DNA from: Sphyrna mokarran
Lineage: Eukaryota
Reading direction: 5' to 3'
Assembly: GCA_024679065.1 (NCBI GenBank)
Contig: JAGIQG010000013.1
Location: 52,204,001 to 52,268,000 of the forward strand
DNA length: 64,000 nt
Position 1 is the first letter of the stretch; each line of letters starts with the position of its first letter. Below the pieces are notes generated by a model. The model was not told the origin of the DNA. It searched no databases and saw only the letters and a list, made by a program, of their open reading frames with translations. Shown here piece by piece: positions 1-13,782 of this stretch. A program made the position numbers and the translations under genes.

Positions 1-548
1 CATCCAAGACCTGTGAAAACATCTTTGCAATTTTTTTAGTATCTGTTCAGTAATCAAGGGCTTGGTGCCATGAAATACATTGGAAATCTCGTCTGGTACA
101 TGGAGGGTTCCAGCCTAAGCTTTTCACTTGTTTAAGCTGGGATGAGGGGATTTTGTTTAATGCTTACTTTTGGAAACTTCAGGTCTTCTTTTTTCCAATT
201 GCATTGGGCTCTAAGATTAGTTAGCCCTCTCTGTAGCTGTGTGTGTGTGTGAGTGATTTGTGAGTGAGTGAGAGAACAAGAAAGCGAGAAGGCGAGTGAG
301 ACAGCGAGCGAGAGAGCCAGTGACTTTGACATTACATTATTCTTATTTTGTGGTGAATGTATTTGCTCTTTGATTCAAGAAAACCTTGCTTTATTGTCTC
401 CTTACTGTTCACAGCTTAAATAGTTAAATATGTACTAATTTGGAAAAGGCATATTCTCATGGAAAAATAAATTTTAGCCTTTGTTATGACTAAGCATGGG
501 ATTAAATAGAGGAGAATCAGTTCACCTCTTCTCACTTGGTTATATGAA
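1..548 (+). mobile_element. 3' part of a degenerate LTR-like element containing a (GT)/(GA) microsatellite at about 236-315
   Basis: It ends in a stretch (gttatgactaagc...gttcacctcttctcacttggtt) resembling recalled shark solo-LTR ends. No TSD can be checked at the window edge. Confidence 0.35.
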
Positions 549-1099
549 ATACCTTCTAAATTTTGAAGGTCAAGTTTTTTCTATCTGTGACTGAAGAAGT
601 ACACATCTGCTATTTTCCCACGGACTCATCACATTCCCTCCTTTTATGTTTTAGAACATACAAAGTTTTAAGCAAATAGAAGTTTATAGTGCATATATGC
701 TCTCATGTGCCTTTACTTATTAATAGTTTAGACTTCAGAACATAAAGGTATAAAGTCACCTCAATTCCCTTGCATATAGACTGCTATAATTAGGAATTCT
801 GGTTGATAGATTTCCTATTCTGTTAGCCAACATTTGTGATTGTGGCAGCCCTTCGACAAGCTGTACAGACTTTCAGTGATTTAAGATGACCTTGCTTTTT
901 TATGTCCTGAAACTTTCCCCATTGATCAGCCATTGTCACCTAACAAAAGCTTTCCTATGTGTTAATAGCTTATTTATAAAAAGTGATCAGATATCTTACA
1001 TTTATAATCACAGTTTGCTGCCGACAGCAGTTCCAAAATGCTTACATGTGGGACACAAGGGAAAGTGCCATCCAAAGTGATAGAAAAGGGGAAAAAATG

Positions 1100-1590
1100 G
1101 TTTGGATTTAGCCAATGGTGGAGACAAGAGGTGGCATATTTTATAGCAAATTGAAGTGTTCCAGCCAGATATTATACAGGCCAATGGAGGCACTGATCAC
1201 TTCACTGGGCAGGACCAGAATGTCTGATATCAGACTTACAAAGCAAATGCTCTACTCTGAATTCAGTTGTAGCAGGAGACTTCCTGGAGGACAGCAGAAA
1301 TACTTTAGGATGTCCTTTTTTATTTTCCAGTAAAAGTCAAATACCTTCACCAATTCATAGCAGATCCTAGCTTGTGACCAATCAAACTGGGGAAGGCTTA
1401 TTTGGGCAGGCACCAGAAACTTTAGTGGGAATGCATAGAGGCAAAATTGAGGTGCTGAAGTGAGAACACAAACCTCCAAACCAACTCATCCACCCAAACC
1501 TACATGTGGTAGTCTGCAGTGTGTATATTGGACTTATCAGTAATCTCAGAACCCATCAAGTCATCCTTGATTCCAAGGGACTATCTAGGA
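1100..1590 (+). mobile_element. RTE-clade LINE, degenerate 3' fragment
   Basis: ORF 1115-1333 (RMSDIRLTKQMLYSEFSCSRRLPGGQQKYF) resembles the RTE C-terminal motif RM.D.RLPKQ.LY.EL..G.R..GGQ.KRFKD. Confidence 0.75.
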
Positions 1591-2444
1591 GAAGATACAG
1601 GCTGGTAATGCAGCTTTAATTATTCCTAAAGGTTGGAAGTTAACCACTTGGTACCAAAGGTTCGTTCAGCTGATTAGACAAATGAGTAGCAACCTATGCA
1701 GATCAGGAAAATCCCAGTTTTGATCTATATTCTGTGCCAAATTAACAGATCTTGTCAGGCATTACAGTGACTTTAGAGCTCCTGAGATAAAGAAATATAT
1801 CAGCCAAAAGTCCTTTCTTTCATTTGAGTGTTTTGAATCAGACTTTGCTGTGAGTATGAACATGGGCAAGAATGGGATGGGAACAGAATCAAGCTTGACT
1901 GTCATATTCCCCAAGTTTGCCATCCTGCCATCATTTACTTTAAAAGTTTACACGATTAAGGGCAATTCAGGTAACATTTGGAACAGTACACCCTGCATGG
2001 ACTCAAGCCTTTCAACTCAGGGAAAGAGTAGATTAATGTAAATATCAATGTTAAGGAAAAAAAATTGTGCTGTGCATTTGTAAATAGCCAACTTTGTTAG
2101 AAAAACCAATACCAACCTTTCCAGCAAACATTATCCTGTAATGCATGATAGCAACACACTTCATTTTGAACCTCCTCACGTCAGCACTTATTGATCAACA
2201 ATTATAAGGATATTTGTTTAAATTTCAGCCTATCAATGCACAAGAACAAGAAATGGATTTGGCAAGCCTTCCTCAATAATGCATTTACATTGGCATTTGT
2301 TTAGCTTGATTTCTGGAAGACTGACATCTCGACCAGACAGCTTGTGTTTAGACTGATAAATAATCAGGGAAGTGTCGGCCTTGAGAAAACACAACATTAA
2401 TGTGAGGAGCTATGATCAGGTATTCCAGCAGTAAATAGACTCAC

Positions 2445-2591
2445 CTGCAAGAGCTTCCACCGTGTATTCAAGTCCTCTAATTGGTTTAGATTGTATGGAG
2501 ATAGCTGGATGTCTGGTGGTTTGAACTGACGGGCAAGGTCATTCATGTGAGTCACATTCTCTTTCAAAGGAGCGATTTCTGCTTGGAAAGC
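2445..2591 (-). CDS. DMD: Dystrophin exon orthologous to human exon 60 (spectrin repeat 24)
   Basis: Encodes AFQAEIAPLKENVTHMNDLARQFKPPDIQLSPYNLNQLEDLNTRWKLLQ. Acceptor is a polypyrimidine tract then CCAG; donor is CAG|GTGAGT. Length 147 bp, phase 0/0, as for human exon 60. The sequence is closer to dystrophin than to utrophin. Confidence 0.97.
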
Positions 2592-3764
2592 CTGGATCCA
2601 AAAGAAGGAAAAAAAAATCATGTTGTGTTCAATTTACAATGTCACCTTACAATGATGCATATTTTCAGATGCTACAACTACAATGTCATATACAGCGGAA
2701 TGGATTAACGTGACAATATTCTGGAACTGTGATGCTTGTTTTGTCAGGTAGGTATAAAGCAGATGTCAAGTAGATTCAAACAGCACAAGGAGGATCCATG
2801 TCAGATTATTTCAATTAAAAGCCACACTCATAGTTGTCAGTTGGAAGAATCCTGTCATATTATAAAGCATCCACTTAAATTAGCAGACTTTAAAGCAAAC
2901 ACATCTCAGGTTGCTTCTTTGCCTTCTCGGAACTTCTTTCATTTTCACATGTAATAAGCAGAAGGAATCTCTGAAGGCTTCATATAGTTAATCTAATCAT
3001 TGACAGATTTAACACTTGCTGACTCTAAGTCTTCTATTTACGATTAATTTTACTTTTTACAGATGTCACAAACCAGTCAGTGTTTACTACTTAAGCAAAG
3101 GAGGAGAAAAGTTAATCATATTTCTTTTAGGCAGTTCATGCTCTTAATGACAAGTTTGTGCTGCTGTTAAATCAGTGAGAGAGCAATTGGGTAGTTTAAC
3201 TGTAATTGCATCAAGTACAAATAACACAAAGCAATTTTACTTCCTTTTCCTCACAAATTTTAAGCAAATGAGAAGAAATCTGTTGTGTAGTTTCTGCTGC
3301 AATAAGGCTGCTTCAATATGGTTGCTAAAGGAAGGACATGCTTGCATGATTGGTATCAATCTATTACTCTTGTCTCTTTAATGTGGAGTTGGGAGCAGCA
3401 ACAGCATGGTGATGAGAGTTGGAGCAGCACTGAGAAATGAGCAGTCTTATACAGTTAGCTATGAGTGAAATCCAGAAGCCAGGCCTTACTGTGGGAATTA
3501 AATTTTTATATCCATGAAGGTTGCATGAGGAATTAGAAAACAAGGATTCTTACTGGATTAATCAAAAGGGAAAGCAGAAGGAAAGTTTAGACATTGGAAT
3601 ATTTCATCAGCTGAGGCTATTGAGGTCAAGAACAAAAAATTGTTTCAAAGCAGAAGGCATACATGGATTGAGTTTACAGGATAGAATGTCAACACCAAGG
3701 ACTGAATGATCATCTCCTGTGCTGTAATTTATATAAATTAGTTAAAGCTTTCCTTGAGATTTGC

Positions 3765-4088
3765 TGAAAAAGAAACATGTTGAAATTTTTTGTCTTGTCC
3801 TCATCAAAGCACCTCGCAAGAATACTGATATGAGGGGATTGTAACAAATTTATACCATATGAGAGGAAAGTATTGCTTGGTTGATAAGCAGATAGGTAGA
3901 GGTGTTGCGGTGGATAATGTACCAGGTAACTGACAGTTAATTGCCAAGCATTGTTTGAAATTTAAATCAGACAGTTTGACTCAGATTGGTTAAGGCATGC
4001 TCTGTGGAATTAGTCAGCTAATGGCTGTCACTTATTTTGCTTAGTTGGAACAGGCACAATGTGTGAACATATTCTTTCTGTCTGCAAA
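3765..4088 (-). mobile_element. Degenerate interspersed repeat, probably a Penelope-like pseudo-LTR
   Basis: A related sequence lies in the opposite orientation at about 45840-46025. A decayed TGATGAG...AAAA hammerhead-like motif sits near the 3' end. Confidence 0.4.
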
Positions 4089-4512
4089 GCTTTCCTTTAC
4101 AGAGACCAGACTGAGGGAATGGTTTTTGTGATGAACTGAGTTTAGGACCATGTATCCTACCCCAACACTGAGCGGGATTTCTCAGTTTGGTTCAGGTTTA
4201 TTCCCATCACTCAGATTTGACATGTACAGTCGAAGAATGGAAGAGCTCTGACCGATTCTCAGTTTAGAGTTACCATCTCCATATGGAACCAGAGTCTAAG
4301 GAGATAAGAAGAGTGATTGAAATTGGTCAATAGGAACTTTGACCACACTTTGTGCAATGCAGGAATTGTGATTCCAGTTTCATGGTGATTGTCAGTGGCT
4401 TACAGCACTAGTTCTCCAAAAATAATGAATTGTTCAGCATTCGAGTGAATAGAGATCTAAGAGAAGAATGATCATAACTTTGTGGGTGGGATTTTATGGC
4501 CTCATTTGAACA

Positions 4513-4910
4513 AGACTGGAAATTCCTGCCCGAAAAGTCTGTTGTCCCCCACCTCTCATTTGCTCTGATTCTGTGTTGGACAAGGTGATAGAATTTTGGT
4601 ATGTGTTTTATTGCACCAGGTTGAAATTTGTACTTTAAGAAAAGCACATTAAGATGTAGTTCTGGAGAAGGATAGAGCAGCTTAGTTGAAGGGAACATAA
4701 GAACATTGAAGATGTTCTCAAGAAGGTGGAGGAGGCAAGATTGTTTGTTTGGCATATTGTTTGCCAACAGCCGAATTCTCTTGTCCCTCTGCTATCAATG
4801 GGAATTCCCATTGGCATCACCCCACAGTGGTAGGAAACTCAAGGACAGGGGTGTGCTGCAAGCGGGACCAGAGAATCCTGCTGACATGAATGGTCAGAGA
4901 ATTCCGGCCT
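4513..4910. mobile_element. MITE-like non-autonomous DNA element
   Basis: Imperfect terminal inverted repeats gactggaaattcct / agaattccggcc, with no coding capacity. Confidence 0.4.
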
Positions 4911-7214
4911 ATAAGTTGCACTTATAAAGTTTGTTTAGCCCAGCAGACCTTCTTATGGCATTTCATTACAGAGGCTGGGTCACTTGTAAGTAGTTGAATG
5001 TAGAGTAAATTTGATAATTACGACCAAATTAAGGGTAAATACTGTTTTCAGTGCCTCAGTGAGGATCAATGAAGTAGATTGCCATTCCCGCCTGATTTTC
5101 AAATGCTAAGTGCATGCAATAAAAATAAACAATTTTTTGAAATTCTGATTTTACATGGAAAAAGTTGTTTTGAGGGTTCTTATTTACCTACTCATTTATG
5201 GCTAGTCCCAACTAATGTCCTAAGAATCATTTATTAATGACCACATGCAATCTAATACACTGCATTGGACATGATGAAATCAGGTCTACAGTTCTGTTTT
5301 CCTATTTTGTAAAGCTATTAAGTGCAATCAAACAGCTCAAAATTCTAGCAGGCCTACCCTCTAGGTGGATATAAACGACAGTAAACTTTGTTGGTCTCTG
5401 TAAATTATTATTCTGATTAAATCTGATGCACCAATGGTGCATGTCAACTCAAATTACAACTCATTTTAAACTCAAATTTAAATGAGGAATTTTGACCTGT
5501 TCAAGGTCACGCCTTTTCACACTTGAGATACCATTTCTGAGACTGTATTAAAAAATTAACAGTAGCGCATAGTGCCGTGTGATGATGCTTCAGTACTTAT
5601 TAAGTTTGCAGCTGAAATAAAAGGTTTAGGGACGGGAAAAGAACACAAATCACCCCTCAGTGCTAGAAGCTCCTGTTGTTTCCCTGTGGAGTCACTGAAT
5701 GTATTAATGTTATAAAAGCACAGCTAAATAAGAAGTCATTTTTCTCTGGTTGCTCACTACGGTATAAGCCCCCCCCCATCCTGCCAACTCCCCCTCACCC
5801 CTCCAGGATGAAACCAAGGATATGAGAAGTTGCTTTTGTATTGGTTCTGGTGAGATATCATTGCAGCTGTAGCTGCAAGAGGGTTATGCAACCACTATCA
5901 ACCTCAGAGCAAATCTGTTAAATTTTCCAACTGATCACCAGGAAGTTCTGATTTTTAGTGGGCTTATACCTAGGGAATTTAGTACAATTAGTAATATACA
6001 GTGGATTAGAGTCAAGTATATGAAAGTAATGATCTGATTTAAAACCTGCATTTCTATTGATTTTCCAGCAAAGCCTAGTATTTCTAGCACAAGTTGTAGA
6101 ATTGAAAAATGGAGTGAATCATTTTTACTATTTGTGACAATCAGAAATATAGGCTATATAAAAGTATCATCTCATTTCATTCAAATGTTCCATATATTTT
6201 TTCATGTTCTCCCTTCCCCAAAGAACAGTAATGACAGTTTAGCAGATCTGTTCTATCCCACATGCTGTCAGCAACAGAATGACTTGCCTTACTCAATGGC
6301 CACTTGTGCACACTTTTTAACAGAGGCAACTGAAGAATCTGGAATGAAAATCCAGGCTATATATCCCTAGGCATATTTCTCCTCAACTCTGGAACTGAAA
6401 ATAGTAAGAATAATATGTGCAGGTAATAGAAGAGTGTAAATCAGCATTGGCATCACCTTGGTACAAACATACTCAGTTATCTCACAGTTCTGTCTCTCTT
6501 GTGAAACTCAGTCCAGTGCCTGCCACTTTGTCTTTCTCAAAATTGCTGAATATAATCTTTGGTCCCAGATGCCACATACAGTAGGATTGTAGGCTGACAA
6601 ATATAATGACAATGAGAATCTTTCACCTTTTGTGCGGCAGTTCACACACATACTGACTTGTCCCTTGCTAAGAACTGAAAATGTGTAATTTCAAGTGTCA
6701 ACAGCATTCAGAGATGGTCCGCCTTTCTGAGCAAACATTAGCTCTATATTTCTCCTGAGGGCAGAAGTGGAGTTAACTGAAGACTAGACTGTCTCCCCCT
6801 TTTCTCAAATCCCTCGATCCCATGGTCAAATAATTCAAGCAAACAGGTTTGCTGCAGGGTAGGTTTCAGGAAGGTGCTAAGAACTGGCTAGACCCCAAAA
6901 CCTTCTCACCCAGAAATACTTACGCAAATTTATCTGCATCATTTGCAAAGCCTTAAATTGGAAATTTCTAAACTAATTCAAAAATTCTATTTTAAGTTCT
7001 TTTAACCCTGTCCTTACTTTAAACCAGCAGTACTTATTATGGAGGCAGAAGCCACTTACAGCTGACCTCCCCTTTAGCAGAATCACTGCTCTGCATAAGT
7101 CCATCTATGAAATGTTCAACTGCGAGATGCCACCATACCTAAGATGTAACACCGGTGGGTCTTTTTTCCATTATTTCTCTTTCATAAGAAAAAGCAAAAG
7201 AGAATTCTCTTAGA

Positions 7215-7533
7215 CTGAGGTGAGGCTCTTATAACTGAATTGAGGATCTTATGACTGAGTTGAGGAGGAACTTTTTCATTCAAAAGGTTGTGAATCTGTG
7301 GACTTACTGCTCAATGAAACAGTTGAGGCTACCTTATTGAATGTTCTAAGGCAAGGATAGGTAGATTTTTGAACAATATGGGAATTAATGGCTATGATAA
7401 GTGGGCGGGTAAGTGAAGCTGAGTCCACCAAAAGATCAGCCATGATCATACTGATTGGTGGAACAGGCTCAAGGAGCCAGATGGCCTACTTCTGCTCGTA
7501 GCTTTATGTTTTTATGTTCTTATATTATGTTCT
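7215..7533 (+). mobile_element. CR1 LINE 3' end
   Basis: Typical CR1 3' region (gaggaggaactttttc...aggttgtgaatctgtgg...gatcagccatgatc...atggcctacttctgctc) ending in decayed TTATG/TTCTTA repeats. Confidence 0.75.
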
Positions 7534-10257
7534 TAAAAGTGCTATCCGAGATGTACAGCACAACAGCAAAATGCTGATAGGTCTAATGATATGATTGATT
7601 CCCCCTTTTATGGAAAAAGTAACTGACAACATGTCAGTTGCTATTCAGAGTGACACATTCAAAATAATATGCTCAAACATGTGGGGAATTACAAGTGAAC
7701 ACCCAAGTTCCATCACTCCATTCTGCTTTATGTTGAAGACAGAACAGTAAGTTGAATATAGCATTGTGGCACAACAATTTCAAAGACTTATGAATGTCAT
7801 TCCATATTCCACTTCCAGCTATTTAAATGTTCAAGTTAAATTAAAGATGATTACACAATGAAAATGGTAAAACAAGTGCATTATATATGCTTAATTCTGG
7901 TGCTGCTTTTTCATTAAATTATTAATATTTCTGACAAAATACTGGTATGTTTACATGCCTACTTAAGCATGCTTTCCTGTTGTATCAGTTTTTATAAACA
8001 CCGAGTTGAAATATCTTGTTTCTTCAGTCAGTGTTCTATGCTCAAAGTCAAGCAACAACCTAACTAATGAGTCAGTCTCATTTCTATTCTGTGAGACTCT
8101 CCTGATGTCCCTGACTAATTATAGTGCGCTTTCTCACGAACTTGATAAATTGATTCAATTTCACTCATTGACTCGCTTATGCTCCAATAAAATTGCTGTA
8201 ATGGTACCTGAATACCTGATAGCAGCACTACCTAAATGAGTCTTCTAAAAATTTATTAATGCCAAACACCTCAATGGCTTGATTTAGTAAAACAGCACAA
8301 AGGAACATTAGAAATGTCAACTCTACATCGTCCCTGTGAAACTTCAATCAAGTCATTGACAACAATGGTTCTGCTGCTAGAGTCATTTGTCTTGTGAACT
8401 ATCATCTGCTCATTTAACATAATATTTTTGGTTTGCAAGGAAAAGAAAATCTTAAAAAAAACTCTTTCCATTTGCTATTACCAGACATATTAAAATAAAT
8501 AATATTTTGGAACCTAATGAGCCCACTGAAGTAATCTTGGGTAATGGTTCTTTTCCTGCTTGAATGCTGATAAATTCTAAGGGAATATTAATAATAGATT
8601 ACAAAAGAAGGGACAGAGGTTATTTTTCAATGGCCACTGTTGTGAACAGCATAACCACCTCCCCAAAAACCTGTCTTGGGACTATCTCTATTCATATATA
8701 ATTTCTGGTTACGTCAGTGAAGGTGACATTAATGCGGCACAACATTCAAGTATTTGGGTAAGTCATTTGGCAAAACAGCATGTTCTGGGAAAAAGGCTAT
8801 TGTTCAAAAGAAATGGAAATGTGAACATGTATGTAAGCTCTCGCAAAGGCTTTTGAAACTTATACAATAGAGTGTGGCCATTCAGCCCACTGTGTCTGTC
8901 CTGGTTTTTTGAGAGAGCTTTGTAATTAGTAACACTCTTCTGCAGTTTCCCACTTGATATTTTTGAATCTAGATCCTATTACATTTTGCAAGTTACAGCT
9001 GATCTGCTTCCATGATTTTTTCAGTTAATGCACTCCAAATCACTGTGCAAAAATGAGTTGGACACAAGTTTGATCCTTTATCGATACTGGGTTAATGCAA
9101 TAGTAGTTAAGGGATGTCATTCAGCATTAAATTCCCCAAGAAGTGGATGACCAATTTCTATCCCAAAGGACTTCAATATAAAAGCACCAATTCAGTTCTA
9201 TTTTATAATTAATATTTTGAGATTCTCTTTTTATTGATCATTATGTCATAATTCACATAGGGATATAAGTAAATGCACACTACCTAGCACCAGTGGAAGT
9301 ATCCCTCAGTAAGGAAATCACTATTCATTCAGATGGGGTTTCATAGCACAGTCAGGAGAGAAGACTTATTGTTTAGATGAACACCATGGAGTTTTAGCTC
9401 CATAGGTTGCATATCCTTTTTTTTAACAAAGGTTCCCAGAATTGCGGCCAACTTGATTAGCATGCTGAATTGTCTGTTTGGCTGGAAATTAGACAGCACA
9501 AGACCACAGCCCATGAATAGATTAGTCCAGTATTTATTGGGGGCAGAGGTCACATTGACAGCTAACACGTGATTGGGAGGGTTAAGGATTTAGGGGGAAG
9601 GGGGCAGGGTGAAATCAGAGGGGGCATGGAGATTTGGATGGGTGAGAGCTGGAGATCACGGGTAAGACTGAAAGGGGATGTCAGTGATGGCAGGGTATGG
9701 CAGTTCTTGATCACAGTGAGTGGATGGAGTTGGTCAGAGGGAAATTGTGATCAGGATAATCCTGTTGTGCTTGGTGGAAACTCTCAGGCCCACAGCAATG
9801 TTGTAATAGGACTTAGCTGATGGATTCTGCTCCTGCTTTCACCCACTATAGAACCTCCTGGATAAGTTTCAATGAATGATCACCCATTTCTTAACCTGGC
9901 TCTGGTAAAACCAATTTCATAGGTGGAATCTTGTGCTCTTTTCTGTGGTGGTTTTGGTAGTGAGGGGATTTAATCAGACAGCAGTGTGGTAGGTAGAGAC
10001 TCCATCAACTTTCTGCCTCCACTAGGATTAAGTGAGTGATGGGAAAGCCAGTGAATAGCTTTTCTGCCCCACTCCCAATTGAGGCCCTTCAGTGGGAAAT
10101 TAATGACTTCATCCTGCTGCCACTAGTATTAACACAGCAGTGGACAGTGGACTCACCAAGCATAGAGAACAACAAGCAAACCCATGCAGCATTGCTTGTG
10201 GGCTCCTAGGAAGAAGTGGGGTCAATTGTTCAAAAGATACAGCTTACAATGGGGGGA

Positions 10258-10288
<31 letters not shown>

Positions 10289-11401
10289 TCCTGCTGAGAG
10301 CCACCTCTTTGCTCTTGCTGCTAATGCCCTCCTTCCTCCCCCATAACCTTCACCCTTTCTGCCATCACACACTTTGGCATTCGGAAGCTTTGGGTGATTG
10401 TCTTACCTGCAGCAGACTCCAACACTCCAGCACTGCTGAGTACAAAAGAGCTGCCCGGTCTCTGACTGGCAAGCAATTCAACAGGCAAAATTTCTGTTCC
10501 TAAGCTTCCGGATCCTGGGATAAGACCTCTAAGTACCTGAATGGTACAAGATGTAGTGAGCCTTCTCAGAAAGAGGTGATGTGTGTCTCTCCGGTTCTCT
10601 AATCAGCAGTCAAGACCTTGGTTGCCTCCACAAGATTCCATCCATGCAGTCTTTTGTGATACAAATGGGATGCATCCATCCCATCAGGTCCATGTAGACT
10701 CTTAGTGGAACAATCAAGTCAGTCCAACTTCCCCACTCAATCTCAGGACTACTGCATGTTTACTTCCTTCAAGCACCTTCCAATTTCCTTTTGATCACTG
10801 AATGTTTCTGATCGAACAAATTTGAGGACAAAGAATTCCAGTGCAATACCATTAGCTGCATAGAAACTTCTTCCTTACCTACTCCTTCATCGCTTATCCA
10901 TAATCATAAATGTCTTCCCTTGTCCTTGTACCAGCAGCAAATGAGAAGAGATTTTCCTGACTATTTTACCTAAGCCAGTCATAATCTGTAACCTCTATCA
11001 AATCTCCCCTCAATTGTCTTTGTTGCTCAAAGAAGAGCAACCCAGCATTTCCAACTTAACCTTGTAGCTAAAATCCCCCATCCTTGAATCCATTCTGGTA
11101 AACCTCCTTCTTTCAAGGTCCCTCTCATCTTTTCCAGACGTATGGTGACCAGAACTCGATGCAAGCCTTTATATGAGTTCAACATAACTTTTCTGCTTTT
11201 AGACTTAATGCTCTATTTACAAAGCCCCATAATCCAGATGCCTTACTAACCATTCTCAATATGTCCTGCCAACTTCAAAAATCAATGCACATGTACACCT
11301 AAGTCTCTCTATTTCTGCACACTCTTCAAAATTGTACTATTAAGTCTATGTTATCTCTCCCTTCCCTTTTCCAAATGCATCAGTTCATATGTCTCTATAT
11401 T

Positions 11402-12244
11402 GCATCGACAGGATGCAAGACTGGGCGGAGAAGTGGCAGATGGACTTCAATGCGGATAAATGTGTTGTGGTCCATTTTGGCAGATCCAATGGGATGAATG
11501 AGTACACTATCAAGGTAGGAGTCTTAGCTGTGTGGAAGAGCAGAGGGATCTTGGGGTCCGGGTCCATAAGACTCTCAAATCGGCCTCCCAGGTGGAGGAT
11601 GTGGTTAAGAAAGCTTACGGTGTACTGGTCTTCATTCATTGAGGGATTGAGTTCAGGAGTCAGGAGGTAATGCTGCAGCTTTATAGGACCCTTGTCAGAC
11701 CACACTTGGAGTACTGTGCGCAGTTCTGGTCGCCTCACTATAGGAAGGACGTGGAAGCTATTGAAGGGGTGCAGAGGAGATTTACAAGGATGTTGCCTGG
11801 ATTGGGAGGCATGCCTTATGAAGACAGGTTGAGGGAGCTGGGACTGTTCTCCCTGGAGAGACGAAGGTTGAGAGGCGACCTGATAGAGGTTTACAAGATG
11901 TTGATAGGAATAGATAGGGTGGACTCTCAGAGACTATTTCCCAGGGCTGAAATGGTCGCGACGAGAGGGCACAGATTTAAGGTGCAGGGAAGCAAGTACA
12001 GAGGGGATGCTAGGGGAAAGTTTTTTCACTCAGAGGGTGGTGAGTGAATGGAATCGGCTGCCGTCGGTGGTGGTCGAGGCGAACTCGCTGGGGTCTTTTA
12101 AAAGACTTCTGGATGAGTATATGGGATCCAATGGGATTGGGGGTTATAGATAGGTCTATGGCTGGTTAGGTTTTGATGTGTTCGGCACAACTTGTGGGCC
12201 GAAGGGCCTGTTTGTGCTGTAGTGTTCTATGTTCTATGTTCTAT
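11402..12244 (+). mobile_element. Young 5'-truncated CR1 (HER1-like) LINE
   Basis: Encodes DRMQDWAEKWQMDFNADKC and MLQLYRTLVRPHLEYCAQFWSPHYRKD...RLRELGLFSLERRRLRGDLIEVYK, with a few frameshifts and a stop. CpGs are retained and it ends in (GTTCTAT)n. Confidence 0.93.
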
Positions 12245-12804
12245 TAAATTCCATCATCAATTGTCTGCCCATTCTATTATATGTTCAGTTGTATATAGCT
12301 TGTATTATCATCATCACTGTTTGCTACTTCTCCAAGTTACCATTAGTAAATTTTGGAATTTTACTCTATACTCCAGTTATATGTACTAAAAATAGCATTG
12401 ATCCTATCACTGACACTTGAGGAATACCACCGTCTACCATCTTCAAGAGTGAAAAACAACCATTTGCCGCAACTCTGCTTTCTGTTCCTAAGCCAACTTT
12501 ATTTCTACTTGCCCATTGATCTTCCATTTCCATTCATCTCAATTTTGTCAACCAACATTTTATGAGGTACCTTGTCACAAACATCCACATACATAATGTC
12601 CACTATATTCCCTTCATCAATCTTCTCTGTTACTTCATCAAAAAAAAAATTCAATTAGATCAGTCAAGCACGATCTACCTTATACAATTCAGTGCTAGCT
12701 CTCCTTAGTTAGTTCAAGTCTCTCCAAATAAGTTTTGTTTTTCTGATTATGGATTCTTATCCACCACTGAGGTTAACCTAACTAGACATTAGTTGCCAGG
12801 GCTG

Positions 12805-13127
12805 TTTAAAGTTTAGTTTAAAGTTTATTTATTTATTAGTCACAAGTAGGCTTATATTAATACTGCAATGAAGTTATTGTGAAAATCCCCTAGTTGCCCA
12901 CATTCTGACGCCTGTTTAGGTACACTGAGGGAGAATTTAGTATGATCATTGCACCTAACCAGCACATCTTTGGACTGTGGGGGAAAACTGGAGCACCCAG
13001 AGGAAGCCCACACAGACGCAGCAAGAATGTGCAAACTCCACATAGATGGTGACCCAAGCCGGGATTCAAACCCAGGTGTCTGGTGCTGAGAGGCAGCAGT
13101 GCTAACTACTGTGCCACCGTACCGCCC
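12805..13127 (-). mobile_element. tRNA-derived V-SINE (HE1-like head) with alternative 3' tail (type B)
   Basis: A/B-box head GGGCGGTACGGTGGCACAGTAGTTAGC, V-domain (TGGGCTTCCTCTGGGTGCTCCAGTTT), tail GGGGATTTTCACAATAACTTCATTGCAG...AATAAA. Confidence 0.85.
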
Positions 13128-13782
13128 CCTCACACCCTTTCCTGAATAAGCATGTAACATTTGTCACTCTCCAATCACCTGGCACCTCGCCATTTCTAGG
13201 CATGATTAAAACATTAAGCAAATTCCTGTTATCTATATTCCCATTTCTTCAGCAATCTGGGAAACACACCATTAAGACTAGATAACTTATCTAATCTAAG
13301 CACATGTAGCCCATTGAATACCTTCTTCTTTTCAATTTTCACAATATCCATTGCCTCCATTATCTCTGCTTCTGCCAGTATTTTGTTAGATTCCCCTTCC
13401 TTAGTCAGCATCAATACAAAGTACTTATTAATATTCTAACCTTGCCTTGCATCTCTAAGCCTATATCACCCTCTTCTACTTGCTTACTATTTGCTGGTAG
13501 AATATTTTTGGGTTGTTTTTGTGTTAATTGCCATCCTATTCTCTCTTTGTAGTCCTGTTTTCCTCCCTCTGAACCTATTGTATATGACCTGCTTTTCATT
13601 GCACCTGACGTACATCATTAACTATCTTATTTTGTTTCATCACAATTTCTATCTTCCTCCTTAGCCAAACAGCCTTTCTTCTGGCCCCTTTACCCTTCAT
13701 CCTTGTTGGAATATACCTACCTTGTACCTGAAACATCTCTTCTTAAAAAATTACCCTCATTGTTTTTCCTGCCAGTCCCTGG

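Noticed and set aside
1640-1990. Old dispersed repeat with weak similarity to about 16330-16560, 28690-28950 and 55330-55480
   Set aside because: Too decayed to delimit or classify reliably without alignment.
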